Origin: Bacteroidota bacterium
GTDB lineage: Bacteria; Bacteroidota; Bacteroidia; Flavobacteriales; Flavobacteriaceae
DNA: 44,224 nucleotides
Direction: 5' to 3'
Assembly: GCA_021793135.1 (NCBI GenBank)
Contig: JAJYTI010000001.1
Span: forward strand, 1 to 44,224
The position numbers and the translations under genes were made by a program. The notes below the pieces were generated by a model, which saw only the letters and a program-made list of their open reading frames with translations, was not told where the DNA came from and searched no databases. Below are positions 19,972-29,150 of this stretch, piece by piece. Within the stretch, counting starts at the first letter, position 1; each line of letters starts with the position of its first letter.

Positions 19972-21156
19972 ATGCCAAAAATCTCATTATATAACGGATA
20001 TCATTATGCTTTGTGCTTCATGGCATTTTCATTTTCATTTCCATCTACATTTTTTCCATTTGCGATTGGAGTATTAGCATTAACTGGGGTGCTTCTTCGT
20101 TTTAAGACAAATGATAAATCTATAGATAAACAATTGATGGTGCTTTATCTACTGCTTTTCGGATATATGGCAATTAGAATCATAGGAAATGTTGATGTAC
20201 GATATGGTTTTAGAGTTTTGGAACGAAACCTACCACTATTACTTATCCCTTTGCTCGTGATTCCAAATAAATTGAAGAAACCAAAGGAATTCTATAAATC
20301 ATTTATATTTGGAATTTCTATTGCTGCACTAATTGCTATGATTGGTGTGGGTTACTATCAGTTGTTTGCCGATAAAGAAGATACAGGTTGGTACTTTACT
20401 GCAATCGCGGATTATGGTTTTCATCCCACTTATATGGCGATGTATGCGCTTGTTGCTATCATAATGCTAAGTGAGAAAAGATTGTTTGCTAAGCGATGGA
20501 CTATGGTGTTAAATGTATTATTGAGTGTGTTTATTTTATTTACATCTAGTCGTATAGCTCTCATTACATTATTTTTATTAATAGTGATTAAGGCAATAGT
20601 TTCAAGAAAAAAAAATTTCTATTATGCTCTTGGACTGACTAGTGTATTGTTGGTCGCTATGTTCTCTTTTTCAGAAGATTTCCGCTATAAAGTCAACCAA
20701 TTAAAAGACTTCAAAGGTTTTTCTTATTACGACAATGATAACTATGGAAGTGTTTCGGTTCGAGTAGCTAAGATAAAAGCTTCCATTTTGGTTTGGAAGG
20801 AAAATAAGTGGTTTGGTAATGGAACAGGAGATTTTAGAGAGACTTTAGTGCAAAAATATCGATCTCCCGAAATAGAATGTTGGCCATGTGCAAGGGAACG
20901 TTATAATTCCCACAATCAGTATTTAAATGTTTTAGGAGCTTACGGGATCATTGGCTTATTATTCTATGGAAGTATCATCATTTATCTTTTGTATAAAGCT
21001 TGGAAGACTAAAAACTCACTCTTGTTGGGCGTTTTGTTTATATTCCTTATTATAAGCCTTACAGAATCTATCCTAGAAGTGCAACGTGGAGTAGTTATCG
21101 TATCTTTTCTTTTGTATTATATACCGCTAGCAAATAGGATAGAAGATGGGCTATAA
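19972..21156 (+). CDS. O-antigen ligase/polymerase family membrane protein (Wzy_C domain)
   Basis: 394 aa, multi-TM. A large loop is followed by SHNQYLNVLGAYGIIGLLFYG, matching the H-N-x-Y-L-x2-L-x3-G-x2-G signature of the O-antigen ligase family. Confidence 0.7.
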   Translation: MPKISLYNGYHYALCFMAFSFSFPSTFFPFAIGVLALTGVLLRFKTNDKSIDKQLMVLYLLLFGYMAIRIIGNVDVRYGFRVLERNLPLLLIPLLVIPNKLKKPKEFYKSFIFGISIAALIAMIGVGYYQLFADKEDTGWYFTAIADYGFHPTYMAMYALVAIIMLSEKRLFAKRWTMVLNVLLSVFILFTSSRIALITLFLLIVIKAIVSRKKNFYYALGLTSVLLVAMFSFSEDFRYKVNQLKDFKGFSYYDNDNYGSVSVRVAKIKASILVWKENKWFGNGTGDFRETLVQKYRSPEIECWPCARERYNSHNQYLNVLGAYGIIGLLFYGSIIIYLLYKAWKTKNSLLLGVLFIFLIISLTESILEVQRGVVIVSFLLYYIPLANRIEDGL

Positions 21157-22333
21157 ACTGGTAAATATATTGCGAAATAAACGATGGGAGTTTTTCCTTG
21201 TATTTTGGTGTGTCAACCTTCTTCTAGGTGTAGTTTATAAGTTTTATTATTACTACACAGGACAGCATTTACAGTACACTTGGCTTCCAGATATGGCTTT
21301 ACTTTTCCTTTTATTAGCAAATCTGTTTATATTAAAAAATCGATTTGTTTTAGTAGGTGTTTTCAGCCTTTTCTTTTTTAAAGTTATAGGTAGTCTTCTT
21401 ATTGCCGATATATATACGGTTCCACTTGATTTATATAAAGATGTTGTCAAAACTTGGATGGGATATATCTATATTTTCCCTCTCTTTTTATTCTTAAGTG
21501 AAGAAACTGGTGATTCTAAAAGTGGTGTCCCACGTAAAATACGAAATGTCTTTGTGGTATTTGCAGGTGGTATGGCTTTATCAGTATTTGTAGGTCTGTT
21601 ATTTAGAGCATATGTGGTTCACACATATACCGATCCAGAACGATTTGGAATTTCTGGATTTTTATTTCCTTCTTCCTATGTAAGTTATTTCTACATGATA
21701 AGCATTTCTTCGGCATATCTTTTACAAAGACATTGGGGCGAGGTAAAAGCCTATTCGATTTTAATATTTGCATTAAGTATTGCAGCTTTATTCTCTGGCA
21801 CCAAAAGCTCATATTTATTTTTATTATTGTTTTACGCAATTTTAGTTTTAGATAGAGCTTGGTACTTAAAAAAATGGTTTTGGTTTGTAGTTAGTGGTTT
21901 AGTAGTAGGTGTATTTATAATTCGAGACAGGTTAATCGATGTTTTTTCAGTACTTGTAGAACTATATCAAAAAGAAGATTTTCTGACTTTTGCTTTATCC
22001 TATCGCAATGTATATGCGCAAGATACATGGCAATTTGTTGCAGAGCATTGGAGTATGGTAAACTATCTCGTAGGTGGATTGAATAATTCCACGCAATTAA
22101 CAGAGATGGGCTTTATCGATATTTTCTTGAATTTCGGTATTTTAGGATTCCTCTTGTTTGTTTATTTGTTTTATAATCTTATTCTTAGACAGTTGTATTG
22201 GAGTTCTACGTTGATTGTCTTAAGTATCGGAATTCTATTTTTAGTAGCTTTAGGTGGTAATTTCTTCGATAGAGTATATCTCATGTATTGGCTTACTTTC
22301 TTATTTATTCTTCAGAGATTGCCTAGAAATTAG
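21146..22333 (+). CDS. polytopic membrane protein, second/third Wzy-like paralog
   Basis: 395 aa, multi-TM. LTEMGFIDIFLNFGILGFLLF resembles the same C-terminal Wzy_C segment. It overlaps the previous gene by 11 nt. Confidence 0.45.
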   Translation: MGYKLVNILRNKRWEFFLVFWCVNLLLGVVYKFYYYYTGQHLQYTWLPDMALLFLLLANLFILKNRFVLVGVFSLFFFKVIGSLLIADIYTVPLDLYKDVVKTWMGYIYIFPLFLFLSEETGDSKSGVPRKIRNVFVVFAGGMALSVFVGLLFRAYVVHTYTDPERFGISGFLFPSSYVSYFYMISISSAYLLQRHWGEVKAYSILIFALSIAALFSGTKSSYLFLLLFYAILVLDRAWYLKKWFWFVVSGLVVGVFIIRDRLIDVFSVLVELYQKEDFLTFALSYRNVYAQDTWQFVAEHWSMVNYLVGGLNNSTQLTEMGFIDIFLNFGILGFLLFVYLFYNLILRQLYWSSTLIVLSIGILFLVALGGNFFDRVYLMYWLTFLFILQRLPRN

Positions 22334-22418
22334 TTTTGTTTTCGAGTCAAAATCAGGATTTTTTGAAAAATTTAAATACTTCATAAGTAACTATCGGTTC
22401 AATTCATCTAACATTTCC

Positions 22419-22426
22419 TATTTTTG
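22419..22426 (+). promoter_or_regulatory. -7 promoter box (TAnnTTTG) upstream of the GT26 gene
   Basis: tatttttg lies in the 173-bp gap, 80 nt upstream of the ATG at 22507. Confidence 0.3.
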
Positions 22427-22506
22427 TAAGCAACCTTTTCATTAAATAATCCTCTATATAGTAGATGCTAATATGAAATAAGTAACGTTCATAGTATTAC
22501 AGATAT

Positions 22507-23250
22507 ATGCAAGTAATTCAATTATTAAATACACAGGTACATAATTTAAGTATGCAAGAAACTTTGCAAAAGGTAGATTATGCTATTAAGCAGAAGAAAC
22601 AGTTGCATCATACAGTTGTGAATGCTGGGAAAATTGTAGCTATGCAAGAAGATGTAGATCTGCGTAAAAGTGTTAATGAAGCAAATATTATTAATGCGGA
22701 TGGACAAGCGGTGATTTGGGCATCTAAAATTTTAAGAAAACCACTTAAAGAGCGCGTTGCAGGTGTTGATTTGATGGGTAATCTTGTTGAGATGGCTGCA
22801 AAAAAAGGATATAAAATTTATCTTCTAGGGGCTAAAGAAGAAGTAGTGACTAGATTAGTAAACATATATGAAGATAAATTTGGAAAAGATCTAATTGCAG
22901 GATTTCGAAATGGATATTTTAAAAAAGAAGAGGAGGAGGAGATTGTAAACGATATAATAGAATCAAAAGCACAAATGTTATTTGTAGCTATTTCTTCACC
23001 TTTTAAAGAAAACTTCTTATATAGACATCGAGAAGCTTTACGGCAAGTAAACTTTATTATGGGCGTGGGCGGTAGCTTTGATGTTTATGCCGGAGAGGTT
23101 AAACGAGCTCCAATATGGATGCAGAAAATAGGAATGGAGTGGTTTTTCCGATTTATTCAAGAACCAAAAAGAATGTGGCGTCGTTATCTAGTAGGAAACT
23201 CTAAATTTATATATTTGGTGTTTAAAGAAAAGTTGCAAAAACCTGCATAA
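22507..23250 (+). CDS. WecB/TagA/CpsF family (GT26) glycosyltransferase
   Basis: 247 aa. INADGQAVIWASK, YLLGAKEEV, VGGSFDVYAGEVKRAP and WFFRFIQEPKRMWRRY are typical GT26 blocks. Confidence 0.88.
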   Translation: MQVIQLLNTQVHNLSMQETLQKVDYAIKQKKQLHHTVVNAGKIVAMQEDVDLRKSVNEANIINADGQAVIWASKILRKPLKERVAGVDLMGNLVEMAAKKGYKIYLLGAKEEVVTRLVNIYEDKFGKDLIAGFRNGYFKKEEEEEIVNDIIESKAQMLFVAISSPFKENFLYRHREALRQVNFIMGVGGSFDVYAGEVKRAPIWMQKIGMEWFFRFIQEPKRMWRRYLVGNSKFIYLVFKEKLQKPA

Positions 23251-23337
23251 ACATATAGTTATATTCAAGTAGGGATATTTTAACTTCCTCAAAAAATATA
23301 ATTATTTGTAAGCGCAACTTCTCAACAGAAAATATTT

Positions 23338-24333
23338 ATGAAAAAAGTTTTAATCACCGGGGCGGCCGGATTTTTAGGCTCACATTTATGTGACAAATTT
23401 ATAAATGAAGGCTATCAAGTAATAGGAATGGACAACCTAATTACTGGCGATTTAAAAAATATAGAACACCTTTTTCCCAATAAAAATTTTGAATTTTACA
23501 ATCACGATGTAACTACATTTGTCCATATTCCAGGCGATTTAGATTACATTCTTCATTTTGCATCTCCAGCAAGTCCTATAGACTATCTAAAAATACCAAT
23601 CCACACTTTAAAAGTAGGTGCTTTAGGAACACATAACTTATTGGGTCTAGCACGTGAAAAAAATGCACGAATTCTTATTGCTTCGACATCTGAAGTATAT
23701 GGAGATCCATTAGTTCATCCGCAATCTGAAGATTATTATGGAAATGTAAGTTCTATTGGCCCTAGAGGAGTGTATGACGAAGCCAAACGTTTTCAAGAAG
23801 CCATAACTATGGCTTATCATCGTTATCATGGAATGGAAACCCGTATAGCACGTATTTTTAATACTTATGGCCCACGAATGCGATTAAACGATGGTAGAGT
23901 AATTCCTGCATTTATGGGACAAGCATTACGCGGAGAAGATTTAACTGTATTTGGAGATGGGCTTCAAACTCGTTCTTTTTGTTTTATAGAAGATCAAATA
24001 GAAGGGTTGTATAGACTTTTATTAAGTGACTATGTTTATCCCGTAAACATAGGGAACCCAGAAGAAATGACGATTTTAGATTTTGCGGAAGAGGTTTTGA
24101 GTTTAACAGGTGCAAATAATAGAATTATATTTAAAGAATTACCTGAAGATGACCCAATGCAACGCAGACCAGATATTAGTCTTGCTAAGAAAATATTAGG
24201 ATGGGAACCTAAAGTAAGTAGAGAAGAAGGAATGCGAAAACCTTTCGCATATTTTAAGAGCCTAAGTAAAGAAGAGTTATATAAAAGTGCTCACAAAGAT
24301 TTCTCAGAACACGAACATATTAGAAAAAACTAA
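23338..24333 (+). CDS. UDP-glucuronic acid decarboxylase (UDP-xylose synthase) family SDR
   Basis: [26 protein letters not shown] (YxxxK) and the [10 protein letters not shown] block, characteristic of UXS-type extended SDRs. Confidence 0.85.
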   Translation: MKKVLITGAAGFLGSHLCDKFINEGYQVIGMDNLITGDLKNIEHLFPNKNFEFYNHDVTTFVHIPGDLDYILHFASPASPIDYLKIPIHTLKVGALGTHNLLGLAREKNARILIASTSEVYGDPLVHPQSEDYYGNVSSIGPRGVYDEAKRFQEAITMAYHRYHGMETRIARIFNTYGPRMRLNDGRVIPAFMGQALRGEDLTVFGDGLQTRSFCFIEDQIEGLYRLLLSDYVYPVNIGNPEEMTILDFAEEVLSLTGANNRIIFKELPEDDPMQRRPDISLAKKILGWEPKVSREEGMRKPFAYFKSLSKEELYKSAHKDFSEHEHIRKN

Positions 24334-24336
24334 TAT

Positions 24337-25689
24337 ATGTTTAAAAAAGGAAGATATTCAGGATGGATTCGTCCCCTTGCATATATAGCAGATATATGTA
24401 TCCTTTATATTACAGCGTATTTTATTCTTCTACCGTATATCAATGAAGTTAACTTTGGTGTTTATATAACTATTGGTTGGTTATTAATATCCTTAGCAAC
24501 TAAATTCTATGTAGTATATCGTTACACACACGCTACAGATCTCTTTATTTTATTGGCAAAACAAACCATAATGCTTGGTTTGATTCTCTATGCTTATTTT
24601 GGTTATCATACACATTCTTGGATACATTCTAACACTATTCTTAAGTTCACTTTAATAAGCATGGTTTTAGTTTCTATAGCCAAGTTTACTCTCTTTTATT
24701 TATTAAAAAAATACCGTTTGTATTTAAAAGGGAATGTTAGAAGAGTCGTGATTTTAGGTAATAATGCTAAAACCAAACAATTAGAATCCTTTTTTAATCA
24801 ACGATTAGAATATGGATATGTTTTAGATAAAGTCATAGATACAAATGAAATTGAAGAGAAAGGATTAGAGCCTATTTTCTATTATATACAAAAAAATAAT
24901 ATTGAGGAAATTTATGTGTCCCTTGCAGAAATAGAGAATGAATATATTCATAAGCTCATCGATTTTGTAGATAATAATTTGATTGTATTAAAATTTCTTC
25001 CAGATAATAAAGATATTTATTCACGTAAGTTAACTATGGAATATTACGGGGTATTGCCTATTGTTTCCTTACGAACCATTCCAGTAGACGAACCTATAAA
25101 TAAAGTGATCAAACGTACATTCGATATTATAGTGTCGTTGTTGGTTATTTTTGGAGTCCTTTCTTGGTTTACACCCTTAGTGGCTATTTTAATTAAGCTA
25201 GACTCCAAAGGCCCAGTGTTCTTTAAGCAGAAAAGGAATGGTTTAGATTACGAAGAGTTTTATTGTTACAAGTTTCGATCTATGAAACCTAATCCAACTG
25301 CCGATTTACATCAAGTTACTCGCGGAGATCAAAGAATAACTCGAGTTGGTAAGTTTCTAAGAAAAACAAGTTTAGACGAGTTACCTCAATTTATGAACGT
25401 ATTATTTGGCGATATGTCTATTGTTGGACCTAGACCACATATGGTAAGCCATACGCATATGTATGCCTCACGCATAGATAAGTTTATGGTACGTCATTTT
25501 ATTAAGCCTGGTATTACTGGATTAGCTCAAGTTAGTGGATATCGAGGAGAGGTAGAAACAGAGAAAGACATTATTAATCGCGTTAAATACGATATATTTT
25601 ATTTAGAAAATTGGTCGTTATTTTTGGATATAAAGATTATATTTTTAACTGTTTATAATATTATCAAAGGAGAAGATAAGGCCTATTAA
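24337..25689 (+). CDS. polyprenyl-phosphate glycosylphosphotransferase (WbaP/WcaJ-type initiating sugar transferase)
   Basis: Four to five N-terminal TM helices, then the bacterial sugar-transferase domain with KLDSKGPVFFKQKRNG and DELPQFMNVLFGDMSIVGPRP. Confidence 0.9.
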   Translation: MFKKGRYSGWIRPLAYIADICILYITAYFILLPYINEVNFGVYITIGWLLISLATKFYVVYRYTHATDLFILLAKQTIMLGLILYAYFGYHTHSWIHSNTILKFTLISMVLVSIAKFTLFYLLKKYRLYLKGNVRRVVILGNNAKTKQLESFFNQRLEYGYVLDKVIDTNEIEEKGLEPIFYYIQKNNIEEIYVSLAEIENEYIHKLIDFVDNNLIVLKFLPDNKDIYSRKLTMEYYGVLPIVSLRTIPVDEPINKVIKRTFDIIVSLLVIFGVLSWFTPLVAILIKLDSKGPVFFKQKRNGLDYEEFYCYKFRSMKPNPTADLHQVTRGDQRITRVGKFLRKTSLDELPQFMNVLFGDMSIVGPRPHMVSHTHMYASRIDKFMVRHFIKPGITGLAQVSGYRGEVETEKDIINRVKYDIFYLENWSLFLDIKIIFLTVYNIIKGEDKAY

Positions 25690-25722
25690 TAAGCTTTAAA
25701 TAATTTACTGTAAAACAACATA

Positions 25723-27003
25723 TTGATGAATATTTTAATAATAGGATCTGGTGGTAGAGAACATGCTTTTGCAAGACAAATAATGCAGAGCGATAAATGT
25801 AAGTCACTATTTGTAGCTCCAGGGAATGCGGGTACAGCATCTATAGCCAATAATTTAAACTTAGCAGTAGATGATTTTAAAGGCATCGAAAAAGCTATTT
25901 TAGAACATGATATTAATATGGTTGTGGTTGGCCCAGAATTACCTTTGGTAAAAGGAATAACCAATTATATTAAAGGAAAAAACAATCTAAAACATGTAAA
26001 AGTCATTGGTCCAGACAAAAAAGCAGCCCAATTAGAAGGCAGTAAAGCTTTTGCCAAAGATTTTATGGAACGCTATAATATTCCCACTGCGGCATATAAG
26101 GCTTTTACAAAGGAAACAGTAGATCAAGGAGAAGCTTTTTTAGAAACGTTACATGCACCTTATGTACTTAAAGCTGATGGACTTGCAGCTGGTAAAGGAG
26201 TACTTATTATCGATTCGTTAGCGCAGGCTAAAAAAGAATTCCGAGCTATGTTGATGGAAGAGATGTTTGGAGAGGCTAGTAATACTGTAGTTATTGAAGA
26301 ATTTTTAACAGGTATCGAATTAAGTGTATTTGTATTGACAGATGGTGAAAATTATAAAATTCTTCCAAATGCCAAAGATTATAAACGTATAGGTGAAGGC
26401 GATACAGGACTTAATACTGGTGGAATGGGGGCGATTTCTCCCGTACCATTTGCTACAGATGAACTTATAAAGAAAGTAGAAGATCGTATTGTAAAACCCA
26501 CTATAAAAGGTATTCAAGAAGAGAATATGGATTTTGTAGGCTTTATATTCTTAGGCCTTATGATTAATGATGCAGGAGACCCATATATGATAGAATATAA
26601 TGTACGAATGGGCGATCCAGAAAGTGAAGTAGTTCTTCCAAGAATTCAAACAGATTTAGTAGAAATGTTTGAAGCATCTGCAAGCCATAGATTAAATGAG
26701 ATAGAGGTGAAAATCGATACCCAGTCAGCGGCAACCGTTATGCTAGTGTCTGGAGGATATCCTACCGATTATGAGAAAGGTAAATTAATCGAAGGAATAG
26801 ATTCTGTGAGAGATAGTATAGTTTACCATGCAGGAACCATACTTAAAGATGGCGATGTGCTAACCAATGGTGGACGTGTAATAGCAGTAACTTCGCTTGC
26901 CGATACTTTCCAAGAAGCCATAAAAAAATCCTATCAAAATGTAGATAAAATCACATTCGACAGGATGTATTATAGAAGCGATATAGGTACAGACTTACTG
27001 TAA
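25723..27003 (+). CDS. purD: phosphoribosylamine--glycine ligase
   Basis: ILIIGSGGREHA N-terminus, ATP-grasp core and GGRV near the C-terminus; 426 aa. Confidence 0.95.
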   Translation: MMNILIIGSGGREHAFARQIMQSDKCKSLFVAPGNAGTASIANNLNLAVDDFKGIEKAILEHDINMVVVGPELPLVKGITNYIKGKNNLKHVKVIGPDKKAAQLEGSKAFAKDFMERYNIPTAAYKAFTKETVDQGEAFLETLHAPYVLKADGLAAGKGVLIIDSLAQAKKEFRAMLMEEMFGEASNTVVIEEFLTGIELSVFVLTDGENYKILPNAKDYKRIGEGDTGLNTGGMGAISPVPFATDELIKKVEDRIVKPTIKGIQEENMDFVGFIFLGLMINDAGDPYMIEYNVRMGDPESEVVLPRIQTDLVEMFEASASHRLNEIEVKIDTQSAATVMLVSGGYPTDYEKGKLIEGIDSVRDSIVYHAGTILKDGDVLTNGGRVIAVTSLADTFQEAIKKSYQNVDKITFDRMYYRSDIGTDLL

Positions 27004-27046
27004 CTACAAATATCGCTATAGAATTATATAAGGTGCATTGCTTTTC

Positions 27047-27280
27047 TTATTCAAGAAAAGAGTGTGCCTTTATACTTTTATCTTCTTCGCCGTTTTCGTC
27101 AAATATTTTCAGTTGTCGTATCCAGTATACAAGTAGTATCACTAGAATAGACATGAATATCCACGTAAATAAGTTACCTCCCCACCATGTTTTAAGCTCT
27201 AAAGCATAAAGAGCATTTAGTGGAGCGAAAGCTACCTCTGTAAAGAAAGAACTAATACCTTCAAAAATATTACGCCACAT
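27047..27280 (-). CDS. small membrane protein of unknown function
   Basis: 77 aa. It has one clear TM helix (LFTWIFMSILVILLVYWI) and an acidic tail ending AHSFLE. I recall similar small flavobacterial proteins but cannot verify the family. Confidence 0.5.
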   Translation of the reverse strand: MWRNIFEGISSFFTEVAFAPLNALYALELKTWWGGNLFTWIFMSILVILLVYWIRQLKIFDENGEEDKSIKAHSFLE

Positions 27281-27453
27281 AATTGTATAATTTTAGTGCT
27301 AAAAACACAAAAATAAAGATTATGTCTATGTTAGCCAAGTAAATCATATGGAATAATATCTTCTAATACATGATTAGCTCTTGATTAAATGCAAATTGCC
27401 GATATTCTAATAACCTTAGGATAGGATAAGCAATATTATATCTAAGAAAATAA

Positions 27454-27461
27454 TACCTTTG
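27454..27461 (+). promoter_or_regulatory. -7 promoter box (TAnnTTTG) for the DUF4254-GT9 pair
   Basis: tacctttg lies 37 nt upstream of the ATG at 27499, within a 218-bp AT-rich gap. Confidence 0.4.
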
Positions 27462-27498
27462 TTAGAATAAAATATTAATCTAAAAAAGACCGCATCTT

Positions 27499-28104
27499 AT
27501 GTTTACGGATAAGGCCAATGCCATTTTTAAAGAAGTTATCGATAAGTATCACGTTCTAGATAGTGTTGATCAAGAGTTCAAAAACCCATATGATAAAGAA
27601 AGCCAACTTATAGAACATTTATTATATAGAAAATGTTGGATAGATACTGTGCAATGGCACTATGAAGATATCATTCGTGATCCTGAAATCGATCCAGTAG
27701 CAGCCTTAGAGCTAAAGCGTAAAATAGATGCGTCTAACCAAGATAGAACGGATACGGTAGAGTATATAGATAGCTATTTCTTAGAAAAATATAAGGATGT
27801 AACTCCCAATAAGGATGCTACAATCAATACCGAAAGTCCAGCGTGGGGAGTAGATAGGTTATCTATTTTAGCATTAAAAATATATCATATGCACGAAGAA
27901 GCAACTCGTGATGATGCTACACAAGATCACCGTGACGCATGTCAAAAGAAATTAGATGTTCTATTAGAACAACGTGTGGATTTAAGTACAGCAATACAAC
28001 AATTGCTTGATGATATAGAAGCAGGTAGAAAATATATGAAGGTGTACAAGCAAATGAAAATGTACAATGACGATGAGCTGAATCCTGTTCTGCGAAATAA
28101 ATAA
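27499..28104 (+). CDS. DUF4254 domain protein (function unknown)
   Basis: 201 aa, soluble and helical. The WIDTVQWHYEDIIRDP segment matches my memory of the DUF4254 W-H-x-ED-x-IR core. It lies 7 nt upstream of a GT9 gene, the usual partner. Confidence 0.6.
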   Translation: MFTDKANAIFKEVIDKYHVLDSVDQEFKNPYDKESQLIEHLLYRKCWIDTVQWHYEDIIRDPEIDPVAALELKRKIDASNQDRTDTVEYIDSYFLEKYKDVTPNKDATINTESPAWGVDRLSILALKIYHMHEEATRDDATQDHRDACQKKLDVLLEQRVDLSTAIQQLLDDIEAGRKYMKVYKQMKMYNDDELNPVLRNK

Positions 28105-28111
28105 TAGCTAG

Positions 28112-29146
28112 ATGGCAAAACCAAAACATATACTGGTAATTCGTTTATCTGCTATGGGAGATGTGGCGATGACCGTACCAGTTTTAAGAGTGCTTCTAGA
28201 CACCTATCCAGATTTAAAAATCACGATAATGTCTAGAAGTTTTCTTAAACCTTTATTCCAATCTCTTCCTAGAACCAATTTTTTGGATGCAGAGGTATAC
28301 GGAAAACACAAAGGTATTCCAGGGTTAATTAAACTTGCCAAAGAAGCTAAGGATCTTGGTATTGACGCTGTAGCTGATTTACATCAGGTATTACGTACAA
28401 AAATCATGGATTTATATTTTAGTTTGAATTCTATTCCAGTTGCCAAAATAAATAAAGGTAGGGCAGAGAAAAAAGCATTAACTCAAGCCAATGGGGATGA
28501 AATTAAACCATTAAAAACTACGCATGAACGTTATGCAGATGTGTTTGCTAATCTTGGATTTCCTATAGATTTAAAAAAGCATACCTATCCCAAGAAGAGT
28601 AAAGTTAGTAATTCGATAGCAGAGTTATTTATTCCTAATAAAAAGTATATAGGAATAGCACCTTTTGCTGCACATGAAAGCAAACAGTATCCTTTAGCCA
28701 TGATGAAAGAGGTTATTAGAATGCTAAGTGAATCAGGAAAATATCAAATCTTTCTTTTTGGAGGCGGTAAAAAAGAAGTAACTACACTAGAACAATTAGA
28801 TAAAAGCTTTAACCATACAATTAGTGTAGCAGGAAAATATAATCTTCAAACGGAATTAGAAATTATAGAACAATTAGATGTTATGGTTTCTATGGATAGT
28901 GGCAATGGGCATTTAGCTGCATTATATAACATACCAGTTCTTACTTTATGGGGAAATACGCATCCTTATGCAGGATTCGCACCGTTCCATCAGTCTAAAG
29001 AGAATCAGTTGGTTGCCGATAGAGAAAAATTCCCACTTATTCCTACGTCAGTATACGGAAATAAACTGCCAGAAGGTTACGAAAAAGTAATGGAAACCAT
29101 TCCGGCAGCTTTTGTGGTTAAGAAAATAGAAGCGGTTATCGCTTAA
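28112..29146 (+). CDS. glycosyltransferase family 9 (LPS heptosyltransferase-like)
   Basis: ILVIRLSAMGDVAMTVPV N-terminus, GIAPFAAHESKQYP and SMDSGNGHLAA blocks, typical of GT9. Confidence 0.88.
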   Translation: MAKPKHILVIRLSAMGDVAMTVPVLRVLLDTYPDLKITIMSRSFLKPLFQSLPRTNFLDAEVYGKHKGIPGLIKLAKEAKDLGIDAVADLHQVLRTKIMDLYFSLNSIPVAKINKGRAEKKALTQANGDEIKPLKTTHERYADVFANLGFPIDLKKHTYPKKSKVSNSIAELFIPNKKYIGIAPFAAHESKQYPLAMMKEVIRMLSESGKYQIFLFGGGKKEVTTLEQLDKSFNHTISVAGKYNLQTELEIIEQLDVMVSMDSGNGHLAALYNIPVLTLWGNTHPYAGFAPFHQSKENQLVADREKFPLIPTSVYGNKLPEGYEKVMETIPAAFVVKKIEAVIA

Positions 29147-29150
29147 CTAT

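Noticed and set aside
22254-22445. 63-aa ORF overlapping the 3' end of the last Wzy-like gene and extending into the 173-bp gap
   Set aside because: It is an out-of-frame overlap with a coherent membrane-protein gene and shows no signal or motif. I checked it as a possible gene remnant or pseudogene and found no similarity to neighbouring genes.
22921-22945. Run of glutamate codons (KKEEEEEIVND) in the GT26 gene, and the S/N/T-rich linker in the LysM transglycosylase (about 3180..3220)
   Set aside because: These are short low-complexity linkers within otherwise normal proteins, not nucleotide tandem repeats of regulatory size.
27030-27070. Imperfect hairpin (cttttctt attc aagaaaag with partially pairing flanks) between purD and the small membrane-protein gene
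   Set aside because: The stem is short and AT-rich, overlaps the 3' end of the minus-strand CDS, and has no clean U tract. It is too weak to call a terminator.
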